A stretch of 64,000 nucleotides of DNA from Octopus sinensis (GCF_006345805.1 NC_043002.1:73594001-73658000); one strand, 5' to 3'; numbered from the stretch's first letter, positions 12,461 through 25,291 are shown. Notes: generated by a model from the sequence alone, not told the origin. Made by a program: numbers and translations.

Positions 12461-12646
12461 GTGTACCGCCTTTGCATTTCTGCGTTCAGGAGTAGTACCA
12501 GAGTATTGTTTCTCGAGGACAAGGAGAGTGGAATTTCTGGATGGATCGGTGTAAAAAAGTTTGTTCCAAACCGAGCTGTAATGGACGAAATTTCAGGAAC
12601 GTATTTATCCAAATTTATTACGTATGCTGAAGGACTTTTCGACTGA
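12461..12646 (+). CDS. Terminal coding exon of unidentified gene family, copy C
   Basis: ATTCAATTGATTTCAG acceptor, ORF VYRLCISAFRSS...AEGLFD*, AATAAA at 12879-12884. Homologous to the exon at 4203. Confidence 0.7.
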   Translation: MYRLCISAFRSSTRVLFLEDKESGISGWIGVKKFVPNRAVMDEISGTYLSKFITYAEGLFD

Positions 12647-12929
12647 AAATATCAATTTATAAAAGAGAACTTGAGAAGTTTGTCTAGATGATAATTATCT
12701 TCTCTTCGTGGGCTTCAATATCACCCATTACTAGAACTGATATTTTTTATGAATTACCTACAGGAGAACGAACAACAATAACTAAGATAAGAACAACAAA
12801 AACCATTGTTTCGTATTATTTGATGTATTTCTCTCTTTTTATTTTTCTTTCTTTTATTCATGGGTTCCATCTGTAAAGAATAAAATCTAGCAAATGCACT
12901 TCTCAAGTCTTTATTGATTATATGCATTA

Positions 12930-13128
12930 TTTACATTTGACGGATATTTGTTTGTTGTTAGCACAACGTTTCGGCTGATATACACTCCAGCCTTCATCGG
13001 GTGTCTTGGAGAAACTTCGAACCTGGGTTCTCATTCCTAATGTTATTATTTTTCAGGTCACGTCTTGGAATCGAACTTGAAATCTTGGTGTTAGTAGCCC
13101 GCGCTCGTAACCACTACGCCATATGCCC
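12930..13128 (-). mobile_element. tRNA-headed SINE with downstream hammerhead motif (degenerate copy)
   Basis: Minus strand: TGGCGTAGTGG A-box, AGTTCGATTCC B-box, then a hammerhead with core CCGATGA (U4 mutated). Confidence 0.65.
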
Positions 13129-13504
13129 GTTTCAATTATGGAGTAAATTTTAGGACTTATAAATATAAGATTTTCCTATCCTTCCTTAGTACCGGTTCAC
13201 ATATACTACTCATATCTGCACTCGGTCTGCTTAGGAGGTTGTTGTGTCCTAGCATATGTGCTGCTTCGTATTTTCCAGTGGTGTTCTCTGTCTATTATTG
13301 ATCATGCTCAATAACAATCTATTAAACAACAACTGCCCCAAAAACATACAATCCACTCCAATTATGAAGAAAAAGGAGGATGAAACCAATAAACTGTCCA
13401 CAGTCTGTCTACCCTATGTGAAAGTCCTCTCCGAAAAGATACAAAAGACAGAACCTCCCTCTCTACTCTCACTTTTCTCTTCAAATGATATAATAATAAT
13501 AATC

Positions 13505-13561
<57 letters not shown>

Positions 13562-14116
13562 TGCCCTGATGCAGTACCAGGCAGTGGCTCTCTTGGCTTC
13601 TGATCTTAACTGATTGGAAGTGTTATTATGTACATTGTTTTGTCTTAGTATAAAAGATGGGCTACAGCAAATATTCTGCTTAATACTACAGATTTGCTTG
13701 TCAGTTGTTTGACCTTAACCAGTTGAGCATGTCTCTTAGTGGCTGACGATATGTGTGTCTTTGATCATGAGCAGAAGTAGTGGGAGAGCATTATAGCTGT
13801 GTGCGAAAGGAATTCTTAAAGATTTGGGTAATTCACTTTTGGAAACATGGGTGATTCGTTCAACATTCTTAAACAATCCTCGTTCAGGGACCTTTTGAGC
13901 GGGATGGGCTACTCGACCAGAAGAAAATTTTGACTGGGGTCCCACCTGCAAGGTCATATGCTGTTTATCTTGATGTGAGATCACCATGTCACGCACATAT
14001 AGTTGTGATGCATGTGCCTGGTGTACCCTTATCAGACGGGTAGTCATGATGGGTATACTGGGCTTCGTATATTTTACCCCAATGTCGCTCTGATAGCATG
14101 CACTGCTCTCTCACTC
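13562..14116 (+). mobile_element. ~555-bp AAT-embedded element, copy 3
   Basis: Same termini and AAT flanks. Confidence 0.85.
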
Positions 14117-14141
14117 AATAATAATAATGATGATGATGATG

Positions 14142-14197
<56 letters not shown>

Positions 14198-14200
<3 letters not shown>

Positions 14201-16233
14201 TAATGATTAATAAAGCCGTAACCGAAGACAGCCACAGAAAGAAGAAAGGCCTCAGTATGGCCTGGATTGACTACAAAAAGGCGTTTGATAGCATCCCCCA
14301 CACATGGATCCTCGAAACACTAGCCATTAACAAAGTAGCACCAACAATCATAAAATTCATAGAGCACTCTATGAATAAATGGCAAACAGTCCTACACCTC
14401 CAAACAAAAGAGGGACTCATGAAAACCAAAGACATCCCCATTAGAAGAGGAATATTCCAGGGAGACACGCTCTCTCCACTCCTTTTCTGCTTGGCACTGT
14501 CACCTCTATCTGATATGCTAAATAGAACTGGATGCGGATATAAATGTTACGGCAAAACGATCAGCCACCTTTTATATATGGATGACCAAAAACTATACGC
14601 TGCAAATGACAAACAGCTGGAAACACTATTAAAGACAGTTCATGGATTTACCAAAGAAATAGATATGAAATTTGGATTAGAAAAATGCGCCAAAGTAACC
14701 ATGAAAAGAGGAAAACTAGTTAAGAGTAACAACATCACACTAGATAAAACCAATGAAATAAAAGAATTAGACCAAAGCCAAACTTACAAATACTTAGGAA
14801 TCCATGAACTAGATAAGACACAACACACACAAATGAAAGAGAAAATAAAAAAAGAATATTATAGACGAGTTAGATCAATACTAAAAACAGAGCTCAATGC
14901 TAAAAACAAGATAATAGGTATCAACACTTTAGCTGTCCCAGTTATAAGTTACAGCTACAATATCCTTAACTGGACACGAAATGAACTGTCCAAAATAGAT
15001 AGGAAGACAAGAAAAATACTGACAGGATCTAGGATGCATCACCCAAAATCTGACATAGAAAGACTATATATACAACGTATAGAAGGTGGTAGAGGCCTTA
15101 TACAGCTGGAAAACTACCATAAAATAACCACCATAGGACTGCAAAAATACCTACTTCAGAAGGAAGGAAAACTGATCCAGATAGCAGCAAAACACGAGCA
15201 AAACAAAAAACTGTTCTCAGTATTTAAGGAAGCTGACAAATACAAACAAGAAATCATACCACCTAATAAGCACAAAGAAGAAGAAGAAGATGATGAAGAA
15301 ACAACAAAAGCTATAAAACAAATGAAATCCAAACTAAAAATAGAACAGCAACGAGCCATGATAAAACGATGGCAAGAAAAGCCCCTTCATGGTAAATACT
15401 GCACTAAACTAAACGCAAAAGAAATAGACAAAGAAAAATCCCAGCAATGGTTGAGAAGCTCAGGACTCAAAGCAGAAACAGAGGGATTTTTAGTTGCAGC
15501 ACAAGACCAAAGCCTCCCCACCAGAAATTACCAAAAACATGTAATGAAAAGAAATATTACAAGTAACTGCAGAATATGTGGAGATGGACAAGAAACAATA
15601 AATCATATTATCTCTAGCTGCCCAGTCCGGCTAAGAAGGAATATATTCACAGACATGACAGAGTTGGAACCTACATACATTGGAAGCTATGCCAACATTA
15701 TGGAATAACAACAGAAAAAAGATGGTATAGGCACACACCAGAAAAAGTCACAGAAAACGAGAAAGCAACCATACTCTGGGATATGCCGATACACACAGAT
15801 AGAGAAATTAAGGCCAACAGACCAGATATAGTTGTCAGAGATCATGAAGAAAAAAAATGCTTTCTAATTGATGTATCAATACCGGCAGATGACAACGTGT
15901 CTCTAAAAGAAATGGAGAAACTCTCAAAATACAAAGACCTGGAAATAGAGGTAACTAGAATGTGGAACCTGAAAACAGAAACAATTCCTATCATAGTAGG
16001 TGCATTAGGCATGATAAAAAAATATTCAGACAAATACATAACAAAAACACCAGGACTTACAAACACATATAACATACAGAAAATTGCACTACTAGGCACT
16101 GCACACATCCTACGCAGAACACTTTCCATACAATAACCATCAGAGCATCACAACAAATCACAGCATATACCCAAGGCACACAGAGCTGCGCTCGGTAGTG
16201 AAGTGAAAGCACGCTATAAAAATAAAACTACTG
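14198..16233 (+). mobile_element. 5'-truncated R4/Dong-clade non-LTR retrotransposon (RT, CCHC, restriction-like endonuclease)
   Basis: RT motifs (GIFQGDTLSPLLF, YMDD), CRICG..ETINHIISSC knuckle and RPDIVV...IDVSIP..KLSKY PD-(D/E)xK nuclease. A 1-nt deletion near 15630 shifts the frame. (AAT)n on both sides. Confidence 0.9.
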
Positions 16234-16282
16234 AATAATAATAATAATAATCAGCAGTGATTTTGAATTCAATTGATTTCAG

Positions 16283-16468
16283 GTGTACCGCCTCTGCATT
16301 TCTGCGTTCAGGAGTAGTACCAGAGTATTGTTTCTCGAGGACAAGGAGAGTGGAATTTCTGGATGGATCGGTGTAAAAAAGTTTGTTCCAAACCGAGCTG
16401 TAATGGACGAAATTTCAGGAACGTATTTATCCAAATTTATTACGTATGCTGAAGGACTTTTCGACTGA
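16283..16468 (+). CDS. Terminal coding exon of unidentified gene family, copy D
   Basis: Protein identical to copy C; the only difference I found is synonymous (CTT/CTC). Confidence 0.7.
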   Translation: MYRLCISAFRSSTRVLFLEDKESGISGWIGVKKFVPNRAVMDEISGTYLSKFITYAEGLFD

Positions 16469-16749
16469 AAATATCAATTTATAAAAGAGAACTTGAGAAG
16501 TTTGTCTAAATGATAATTATCTTCTCTTCGTGGGCTTCAATATCACCCATTACTAGAACTGATATTTTTTATGAATTACCTACAGGAGAACGAACAACAA
16601 TAACTAAGATAAGAACAACAAAAACCATTGTTTCGTATTATTTGATGTATTTCTCTCTTTTTATTTTTCTTTCTTTTATTCTTGGGTTCCATCTGTAAAG
16701 AATAAAATCTAGCAAATGCACTTCTCAAGTCTTTATTGATTTTGTGCAT

Positions 16750-16948
16750 TATTTACATTTGACGGATATTTGTTTGTTGTTAACACAACGTTTCGGCTGA
16801 TATACACTCCAGCCCTCGTCAGGTGTCTTGGAGAAATTTCGAACCTGGGTTCTCATTTCGATGTTATTATTATTCAGGTCACGTCTTGGAATCGAACTTG
16901 AAATCTTGGTGTTAGTAGCCCGTGCTCGTAACCACTACGCCATATGAC
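16750..16948 (-). mobile_element. tRNA-headed SINE with hammerhead ribozyme motif (better-preserved copy)
   Basis: tRNA-like head at ~16874-16948 followed on the same strand by a hammerhead at 16782-16827. Confidence 0.7.
16782..16827 (-). ncRNA. Minimal type I hammerhead ribozyme motif
   Basis: Minus strand GACAC / CTGACGA-G / GGCTG-loop-CAGCC / GAAA-CG-TT / GTGTT. Palindromic ACGT stem III and GUU cleavage triplet. Confidence 0.7.
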
Positions 16949-17129
16949 CGTTTCAATTATGGAGTAAATTTTAGGACTTATAAATATAAGATTTTCCTAT
17001 CCTTCCTTAGTACCGGTTCACATATACTACTCATATCTGCACTCGGTCTGCTTAGGAGGTTGTTGTGTCCTAGCATATGTGCTGCTTCGTATTTTCCAGT
17101 GGTGTTCTCTGTCTATTATTGATCAAGCT

Positions 17130-17565
17130 CAATAACAATCTATTAAACAACAACTACCCCAAAAACATACTATCCACTCCAATTATGAAGAAAAGGGAGG
17201 ATGAAACCAATAAACTGTCCACACTCTGTCTACCCTATGTGAAAGGCCTCTCCGAAAAGATACAAAAGATATGCGGCCCATATGACATCAGGACAGCATT
17301 CAAGAGTAATACAACACTTCGCAAATATCTCCTTCGAATAAAACCACCAGTGGAAGAGAATATGACCAAAGACAGTGTGTACTCCATCACATGCAGTTGT
17401 GGTAGGTCATATAATGGCGAAACATGCCGCCCCCTCAAAATAAGGGTAGACGAACATCGCAAGGCTGTGACACGAGAAGATATTGATAAATCGGGTATAG
17501 CTGATCATATATGGAAAAATGGAGACCACCTTCCCCTGTGGGATGAAGTTAAAATGATGAAAGGC
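17130..17565 (+). mobile_element. Penelope-like element fragment (GIY-YIG); shorter paralog at ~13310-13448
   Basis: LPYVKGLSEKI...VYSITCSCGRSYNGETCRPLKIRVDEH is the typical PLE C-terminal endonuclease. Confidence 0.85.
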
Positions 17566-17912
17566 AAAGTTGACCTCGGCGGAATTTGAACTCAGAACGT
17601 AGCGACGGGCGAAATACCGCTAAATAGAGAAATAGATAATAAATAAATTAATTAATTAATTAATAGAATCCTGTATAGCGGGGCAGTCCACTGAGGGTAA
17701 TCGGGGGTAGATCACACTCAAAAATCCCGGATTACTCTGCCATCTCCAAGCCATAGAAAAGTTCCCTCTTCCAGTCTCTTTCCTCCTGCTTGGAAAAGCA
17801 TATTCAGAGTAGATCCATTCCATCTCACCAGTCTTGTCACTGTCGACCATCTTTTGATAAACACACTAAAAGACAGAACCTCCCTCTCTACCCTCACTTT
17901 TCTCTTCAAATG

Positions 17913-17952
<40 letters not shown>

Positions 17953-18033
17953 CAACAACAACAACAACACAACAACAACAACAACAACAACAACAACACA
18001 ACAACAACACAACAACAACAACACAACAACAAC

Positions 18034-18081
<48 letters not shown>

Positions 18082-18155
18082 CAACAACAACAACAACAAC
18101 AACAACAACACAACAACAACAACAACAACAATAATAATAATAATAATAATAATAA
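17913..18155 (+). repeat. Compound microsatellite (AAT)n-(AAC)n with AACAC interruptions-(AAT)n
   Basis: Read directly from the sequence. It explains the poly-Q/T/N/V/C/L ORFs in the track. Confidence 0.95.
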
Positions 18156-18156
18156 A

Positions 18157-18501
18157 TGTCCTGATGCAGTACCAGGCAGTGGCTCTCATGGCTTCTGATT
18201 CTTTGGGGTTTGAATAATTCACATCTGGAAACATGGGTGGTTCTTTCAACATCCTTAAACAATCCTTATTCAGGGACCTTTTGAGCGGGATGGGCTACTC
18301 AACCTGAAAAAAATTCTAACTGGGCCCCACCTGCAAGGTTATGTGCTGTTTATCTTGATATGAGATCACCATGTCTCACACATATGGTTGTGATGCATGT
18401 GCCTGGTGTACCCTTATCAGACGGGTAGTCATGATGGGTATATTGGGCTTCGTATATTTTACTCCAGTGTCACTTTGATGGCATGAACTACTCTCTCACT
18501 C
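18157..18501 (+). mobile_element. AAT-embedded element, copy 4 (internal deletion of ~210 bp)
   Basis: Both termini present, with a GGCTTCTGAT|TCTTTGGGG deletion junction. Confidence 0.8.
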
Positions 18502-18523
18502 AATAATAATAATAATAATAATA

Positions 18524-19232
18524 TGCCCTGATGCAGTACCAGGCAGTGGCTCTCATGGCTTTTGATCTTAACTGATTGGAAGTGTTATCATGTACATTGT
18601 TTTGTCTTGGTATAAAAAAACAGCAAATATTCTGTCCAATGCCACAGATTTGCTTGTCAGTTGTTTGACCTTAACCAGTTGACCATGTCTCTTAGTGGCT
18701 GACGATATGTGCCATCCTGATAACGAGTAGAAGTAGTGGAGGAGCGTCATAGCCATGTGTTGAGAGGGATTCTTTGGGGTTTGAATAATTCACCTCTGGA
18801 AACATAGGAACATGTTCAACTGGTTACGGTCAAGCTTAACCAGTTGAGCATGTCCTTTAGTGGCTGACGATATGTGCATTTCTGATCATGAGCAGAAGTA
18901 GTGGGGGAGCATCATAGCCATGTGCTGAGAGGAATTCTTTTGGGTTTGGATAATTCACCTTTGGAAACGTGTTTTGTTCAACATCCTTAAACAATCCTTA
19001 TTCAGAGGCCTTTTGAGCAGGATGGGCTACTCGACCTGAAGTAAATTCTAACTGGGCCCTACCTGCAAGGTCATGTGCTGTTTATCTTAATATGAGATCA
19101 CCATGTCGCGCACATATGGTTGTGATGCATGTGCCTAGTGTACCCTTATCAGACGGGTAGTCATGATGGGTTTCTGGGCTTCGTATATTTTACCCCAGGG
19201 TCACTTTGATGGCATGCACTGCTCTCTTACTC
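18524..19232 (+). mobile_element. AAT-embedded element, copy 5 (internal tandem duplication)
   Basis: Both termini present. The segment at ~18665-18810 is repeated at ~18830-18965. Confidence 0.8.
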
Positions 19233-19363
19233 AATAATAATAATAATCCTTTCTGCTATAGGCACAAGGTCTGAAATTTGAGGGAGGGGACTAGTCGGTT
19301 ACATCGATCGCAGTATGCCACTAGTACTTAATTTATCGACCCGAATGGATGAAAAGCAAAGTG

Positions 19364-19435
<72 letters not shown>

Positions 19436-19859
19436 TAGTAATAATAGTAATAGTAATAGTAATAATATTAATGATGATGATGATGATGATGATGATAATG
19501 ATGATAATGTTGATTTTTTTTCTGTTATAGTCACAAAGCCTGAAATTTGGAGGAGATAGGACGAGTCATTTATATCGACCCCAGTGTTCAACTGGTACTT
19601 ATTTTATCGACCCTGAAAAAATGAAAGGCAAAGTTGACCTCGGTGGCATCTAAACTCAGAACGTAACGACGGACGAAAAGCTGCGAAGCCTTTTGTCCGA
19701 CACTGTAACGACTGTTTCAGCTCGCCTCCTTAGTTTTTATTTCTACTATAAGCACATGGCCTGAAATTTTGTTGCGTAGGACAAGTCGATTACACCCACT
19801 TGTCAACTAATACTTATTTTATAGATGCCGAAGAGAACTAACTAACTACCAACACAGTA

Positions 19860-19972
<113 letters not shown>

Positions 19973-19992
19973 AATAATAATAATAATAATAA

Positions 19993-22900
19993 AGATACAC
20001 CGGGGGACGTTTAAGATGTAAGAACGATAAAACAGAGCTCCGAAATCTATCCACAAACATCGAAAACAAGGACGTCGTATGGAACCAAAGATTTACTAAC
20101 AAAGGATTGAACTGTACCCGAGTAAGTAATACTCATTGAAATTTATTACTATTTTCGAAACGAAATGATGTATTTTGACTCGATATCATCTCCACCTCTA
20201 ACACAACACATGTAAACATGCTTGGAACATTACGACCCATAAACACCAGTTCATCCCCGACCCCAAACACCATGTACAAAGGAACTACGAAGAAATTAAA
20301 TACCACCGATATTATTGAACCCAAGAATAACAATCGGGAAGTACGTACTTTAAACTTACAACACAAAATGTACGAAAAACTACACGTGCAAAACAATGTG
20401 ACAACAGAAATGAACGGACCGGTACCCTACGAAAATGACGACCGTCAAAATAATGGGCCGGACGTTGTTTCTCGTGTCCCGCAAATAAAACCCAAAAGAC
20501 ATAAATGGACACGTGAGGAATACATTTCTATCCTACACGCATACTTCACAGCAGTGCTCTACCCAAAAAATGAAAACACAACAACACATACATATAAAAT
20601 ATGGAAGGAAAATAACATAAATATAGACTTGGATACAGCAATGAACCCTAATAAACTAGCTAACGTACGAAGATACATTCTCAACGCAAAAAAAATATCA
20701 GAAATAGAAATAGAACACCTAAAAGAAAAAATACACCAGGAAAATGTAGATAGAAGCCACACAACAATGCCCAATAATATAAACACTGAAACAGTAAAAC
20801 ACGAAGACAAACGTAACATTCCCAACAAACACGATGTGACCAATAACAACAAACCCAGACCGTAAGGATGCATAATAATACACGACAAACAGCAAGCCAA
20901 AATACGGCAAACAAACATATAAATAAGAAAGAAAGCGACACAAATCTAAAACCTGGAAACAACGAAGGGGGGCCTAATGATTATGATAATATAAAAAGTA
21001 AAATAGTCAAAGAACTGAAAACCACAGAGTCCAAAATGGACCAACGACCATACCTCCCAAAAATCAAAATAGACGAAACAACAACACCAATTATAAACAG
21101 CATAAACCTAGCCGTCACGGAACTAATAGCCACTGAAACAAAAATCGATATCACTGAGCTAAATGACTTAGTATATGCAGCAGCCACTTCAGCCACAAAA
21201 GAAGCTGGATACTCACTCAAACCCATCCAAACAGGAGTACCACCACCCAAACAAACCCTGTGGATAAATAACATCCAAAACAAAATACAAAAAATGAGAA
21301 AAGATCTGTCGATTCTTAATGAAATCAGTAGACAATCAACGCTACTGAGCAACAAAAAGAAAACAAAAATACTCCGAAAATATAACATCACAGAAAAAGA
21401 TTTACCTGAGATAAAAGAAAAGCTGAAGCAAGATATCCTTGCCAAAGCACAAAGGATCCGCCGGTACGAGAAACGCCAGCGCTTCTTTGAACAAAACAAA
21501 AAGTTCAACTCCAACCCCAAAAAGTTCTACCAAGAACTTGACAAAAATAAAATAGAAATCACTGCAGCACCAACGGCAGAAGAAGTGGAAGAATTCTGGA
21601 GAGAAATATGGTCGGCGAACGAACAGCCAAAAAAAAAGGAGTATTAAAACAACAAACTCAGCATCTGAGCAACTTTGGACCCCCATAACAATTGAAGATG
21701 TCACCCAGGCACTGCAAAAACTAAGCATCTTGAAGGCACCTGGGCATGACAAGATCCCCAACTTCTGGTTGAAATATCTAACAGGAATGCACAAAAAGCT
21801 GGATGAAAACTTTAACAACATACTAGCAGAGCCAGAGACAATGCCTGAATGGCTCACGAAGGAGAAAACCATTTTAATTCCCAAATCAAATGAGACAGCA
21901 AAACCAGAAGAGAACAGACCAATAACCTGTCTCCTACAATGTACAAGGCATTTACTTCAGTGATATCGCAAAGGTTGAACAAGCACCTGGACGAAAAAAA
22001 CCTGTTTCCAGAAGGGCAGAAAGGATGCCGCAAAAGCTCATACGGCTGTAAAGATCAACTAATGATTAATAAAGCCCTAACTGAAGACAGCCACAGAAAG
22101 AAGAAAGGCCTCAGTATGGCCTGGATTGACTACAAAAAGGCGTTTGATAGCATCCCCCACACATGGATCCTCGAAGCACTAGCCATTAACAAAGTAGCAC
22201 CAATAATTATAAAATTCATAGGGCACTCTATGAATAAATGGCAAACAGTCCTACACCTCCAAACAAAAGAGGGACTCATGAAAACCAAAGCCATCCCCAT
22301 TAGAAGAGGAATATTCCAGGGAGACACGCTCTCTCCACTCCTTTTCTGCTTGGCACTGTCACCTCTATCTGATATGCTAAAGAGAACTGGATGTGGATAT
22401 AAATGTTACGGCAAAACGATCAGCCACCTTTTATATATGGATGACCAAAAACTATACGCTGCAAATGACAAACAGCTGGAAACACTATCAAAGACAGTTC
22501 ATGGATTTACCAAAGAAATAGATATGAAATTTGGATTAGAAAAATGCGCCAAAGTAACCATGAAAAGAGGAAAACAAGTTAAGAGTAGCAACATCACACT
22601 AGATAAAACCAATGAAATAAAAGAATTAGACCAAAGCCAAACTTACAAATACTTAGGAATCCATGAACTAGATAAGACACAACACACACAAATGAAAGAG
22701 AAAATAAAAAAAGAATATTATAGACGAGTTAGATCAATACTAAAAACAGAGTTCAATGCTAAAAACAAGATAATAGGTATTAACACTTTAGCTGTCCCAG
22801 TTATAAGTTACAGCTACAATATCCTTAACTGGACACGAAATGAACTGACCAAAATAGATAGGAAAACAAGAAAAATAATGACAGGATCTAGGATGCATCA

Positions 22901-24084
22901 CCCAAAATCTGACATAGAAAGACTATATATACAACGTATAGAAGGTGGTAGAGGCCTTATACAGCTGGAAAACTACTATAAATAACCACCATAGGACTGC
23001 AAAAATATCTACTTCAGAATGAAGGAAAACTGATACAAATAGCGGCAAAACACGAGCAAAACAAAAAACTGTTCTCAGTATTTAAGGAAGCCGACAAATA
23101 CAAACAAGAAATCATACAACCTAATTAATATGAAGAAGAAGAAGAAGAAGATGAAGAAACAACAAAAGCTATAAAACAAATGAAATCCAAACTAAAAATA
23201 GAACAGCAACGAACCATGATAAAACGATGGCAAGAAAAGCCCCTTCATGGTAAATACTAGACTAAACTAAACGCAAAAAAAATAGACAAAGAAAAATCCC
23301 AGCAATGGTTGAGAAGCTCAAGACTCAAAGCAGAGACAGAGGGATTTTTAATTGCAGCACAATACCAAAGCCTTCCCACCAGAAATTACCAAAAACATGT
23401 AATGAAAAGAAATATAACAAGTAACTGCAGAATATGTGGAGATGGACAAGAAACAATAAATCATATTATCTCTAGCTGCCCAGTCCTGGCTAAGAAGGAA
23501 TATATTCACAGACATGACAGAGTTGGAACCTACGTACACTGGAAGCTATGCCAACATTATGGAATAACAACAGAAAAAAGATGGTATAGGCACACACCAG
23601 AAAAGGTCACAGAAAACGAGAAAACAACCATACTCTGGGATATGCCGATACACACTGATAGAGAAATTAAGGCCAACAGACCAGATATAGTTGTCAGAGA
23701 TCATGAAGAAAAAAAATGCTTTCTAATTGATGTATCAATACCGGCAGATGACAACGGCAGATGTGGAGAAACTTTCAAAATACAAAGACCTGGAAATAGA
23801 GGTAACAAGAACGTGGAATCTAAAAACAGAAACAATTCCTATCATAGTAGGTGCATTAGGCATGATAAAAAAATATTCAGACAAATACATAACAAAAACA
23901 CCAGGACTTACAAACACATATAACATACAGAAAATTTCACTACTAGGCACTGCACACATCCTACGCAGAACACTTTCCATACAATAACCATCAGAGCATC
24001 ACAACAAATCACAGCACATACCTAAGGCACACAGAGCTGCGCTCGGTAGTGAAGTGAAAGCACGCTATAAAAATAAAACTACTG
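19993..24084 (+). mobile_element. Near full-length, decayed R4/Dong-clade non-LTR retrotransposon
   Basis: N-terminal RHKWTREEY..ILHAYF domain, RT, CCHC and RLE nuclease across several broken ORFs (20218-23987). It has the same 3' end (AAAACTACTG) as the 14.2-kb copy and microsatellite on both sides. Confidence 0.9.
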
Positions 24085-24094
24085 AATAATAATA

Positions 24095-24385
<291 letters not shown>

Positions 24386-24389
24386 TAAA

Positions 24390-24874
24390 TGCCCTGATGC
24401 AGTACCAAGCAGTGGCTTTCTTGGCTTCTGATCTTAACTGATTGGAAGTGTTATCATGTACATTGTTTTGTCTTGGTATAAAAGATGGGCTACAGCAAAT
24501 ATTCTGCTCAATACCACAGATTTGCTCGTCAGTTGTTTGACCTTAACCAGTTGAGCATGTCCCTTAGTGGCTGACGATATGTGCATCTCTGATCACGAGC
24601 AGAAGTAGTGGGGGAGCATCATAACCATGAGAGGGATTCTTTGGGGTTTGAATAATTCACATCTGGAAACATGGGTGGTTCTTTCAACATCCTTAAACAA
24701 CCCTTATTCAGGGACCTTTTGAGCGGGATGGGCTACTCAACCAGAAGTAAATTCTAACAGGGCCCCACCTGCAAGGTCATGTGCTGTTTATCTTGATATG
24801 AGATCACCATGTCGCGCACATATGGTTGTGATGCATGTGCCTGGCGTACCCTTATCAGACGGGTAGTCATGACG
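24390..24874 (+). mobile_element. AAT-embedded element, copy 6 (3' end replaced by the hammerhead tandem)
   Basis: Same 5' terminus; homology ends at CAGACGGGTAGTCATGA. Confidence 0.8.
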
Positions 24875-24928
24875 GGTAGTCAGACGGGTAGTCAGATTGT
24901 CAGAAGCGACACCTACTGGTCTGGCTGC

Positions 24929-24970
24929 GCTGCATTGAAAAGGGGCAATGCCCCGAAACGCGTCTGTAGC
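24929..24970 (+). ncRNA. Minimal type I hammerhead ribozyme, unit 1
   Basis: GCTGCA / TTGAAAA / GGGGC-AAT-GCCCC / GAAA-CGCG-TC / TGTAGC. Stem I has 6 bp (one G-U), the core has the compensatory U3-A8 pair, and the GUC site lies after 24964. Confidence 0.85.
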
Positions 24971-25291
24971 TGCCGGTCAGGTGGTGTGGAGCGGCTGACC
25001 TCCCTTGTTCGAAGGTTGTATGGATACAGTTTGTGTATCAAATGGCTAACTTGGGGCGGTGGCCTCATGGAGCTAGTAAGCGGACAGCTTTATTCATATT
25101 TTTGTAAGAATGCCATATTAGTATGGCGATAACTGTTGGTTTCCGGGAGCGCTGCCGTTGTTCTCTTTTAGAGAGACTTGGTAATTTTAATATTTCTATT
25201 ATTGAAAACAAGTGGATGTATTCCACCGAGGCTAGGTAAATAAAGCCTTCGAACAGAGATTGTCAGAAGCGACACCTACTGGTCTGGCTGC

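Noticed and set aside
20312-22327. Minus-strand ORFs of up to 179 aa
   Set aside because: They are antisense shadows of the A-rich R4 retrotransposon ORF.
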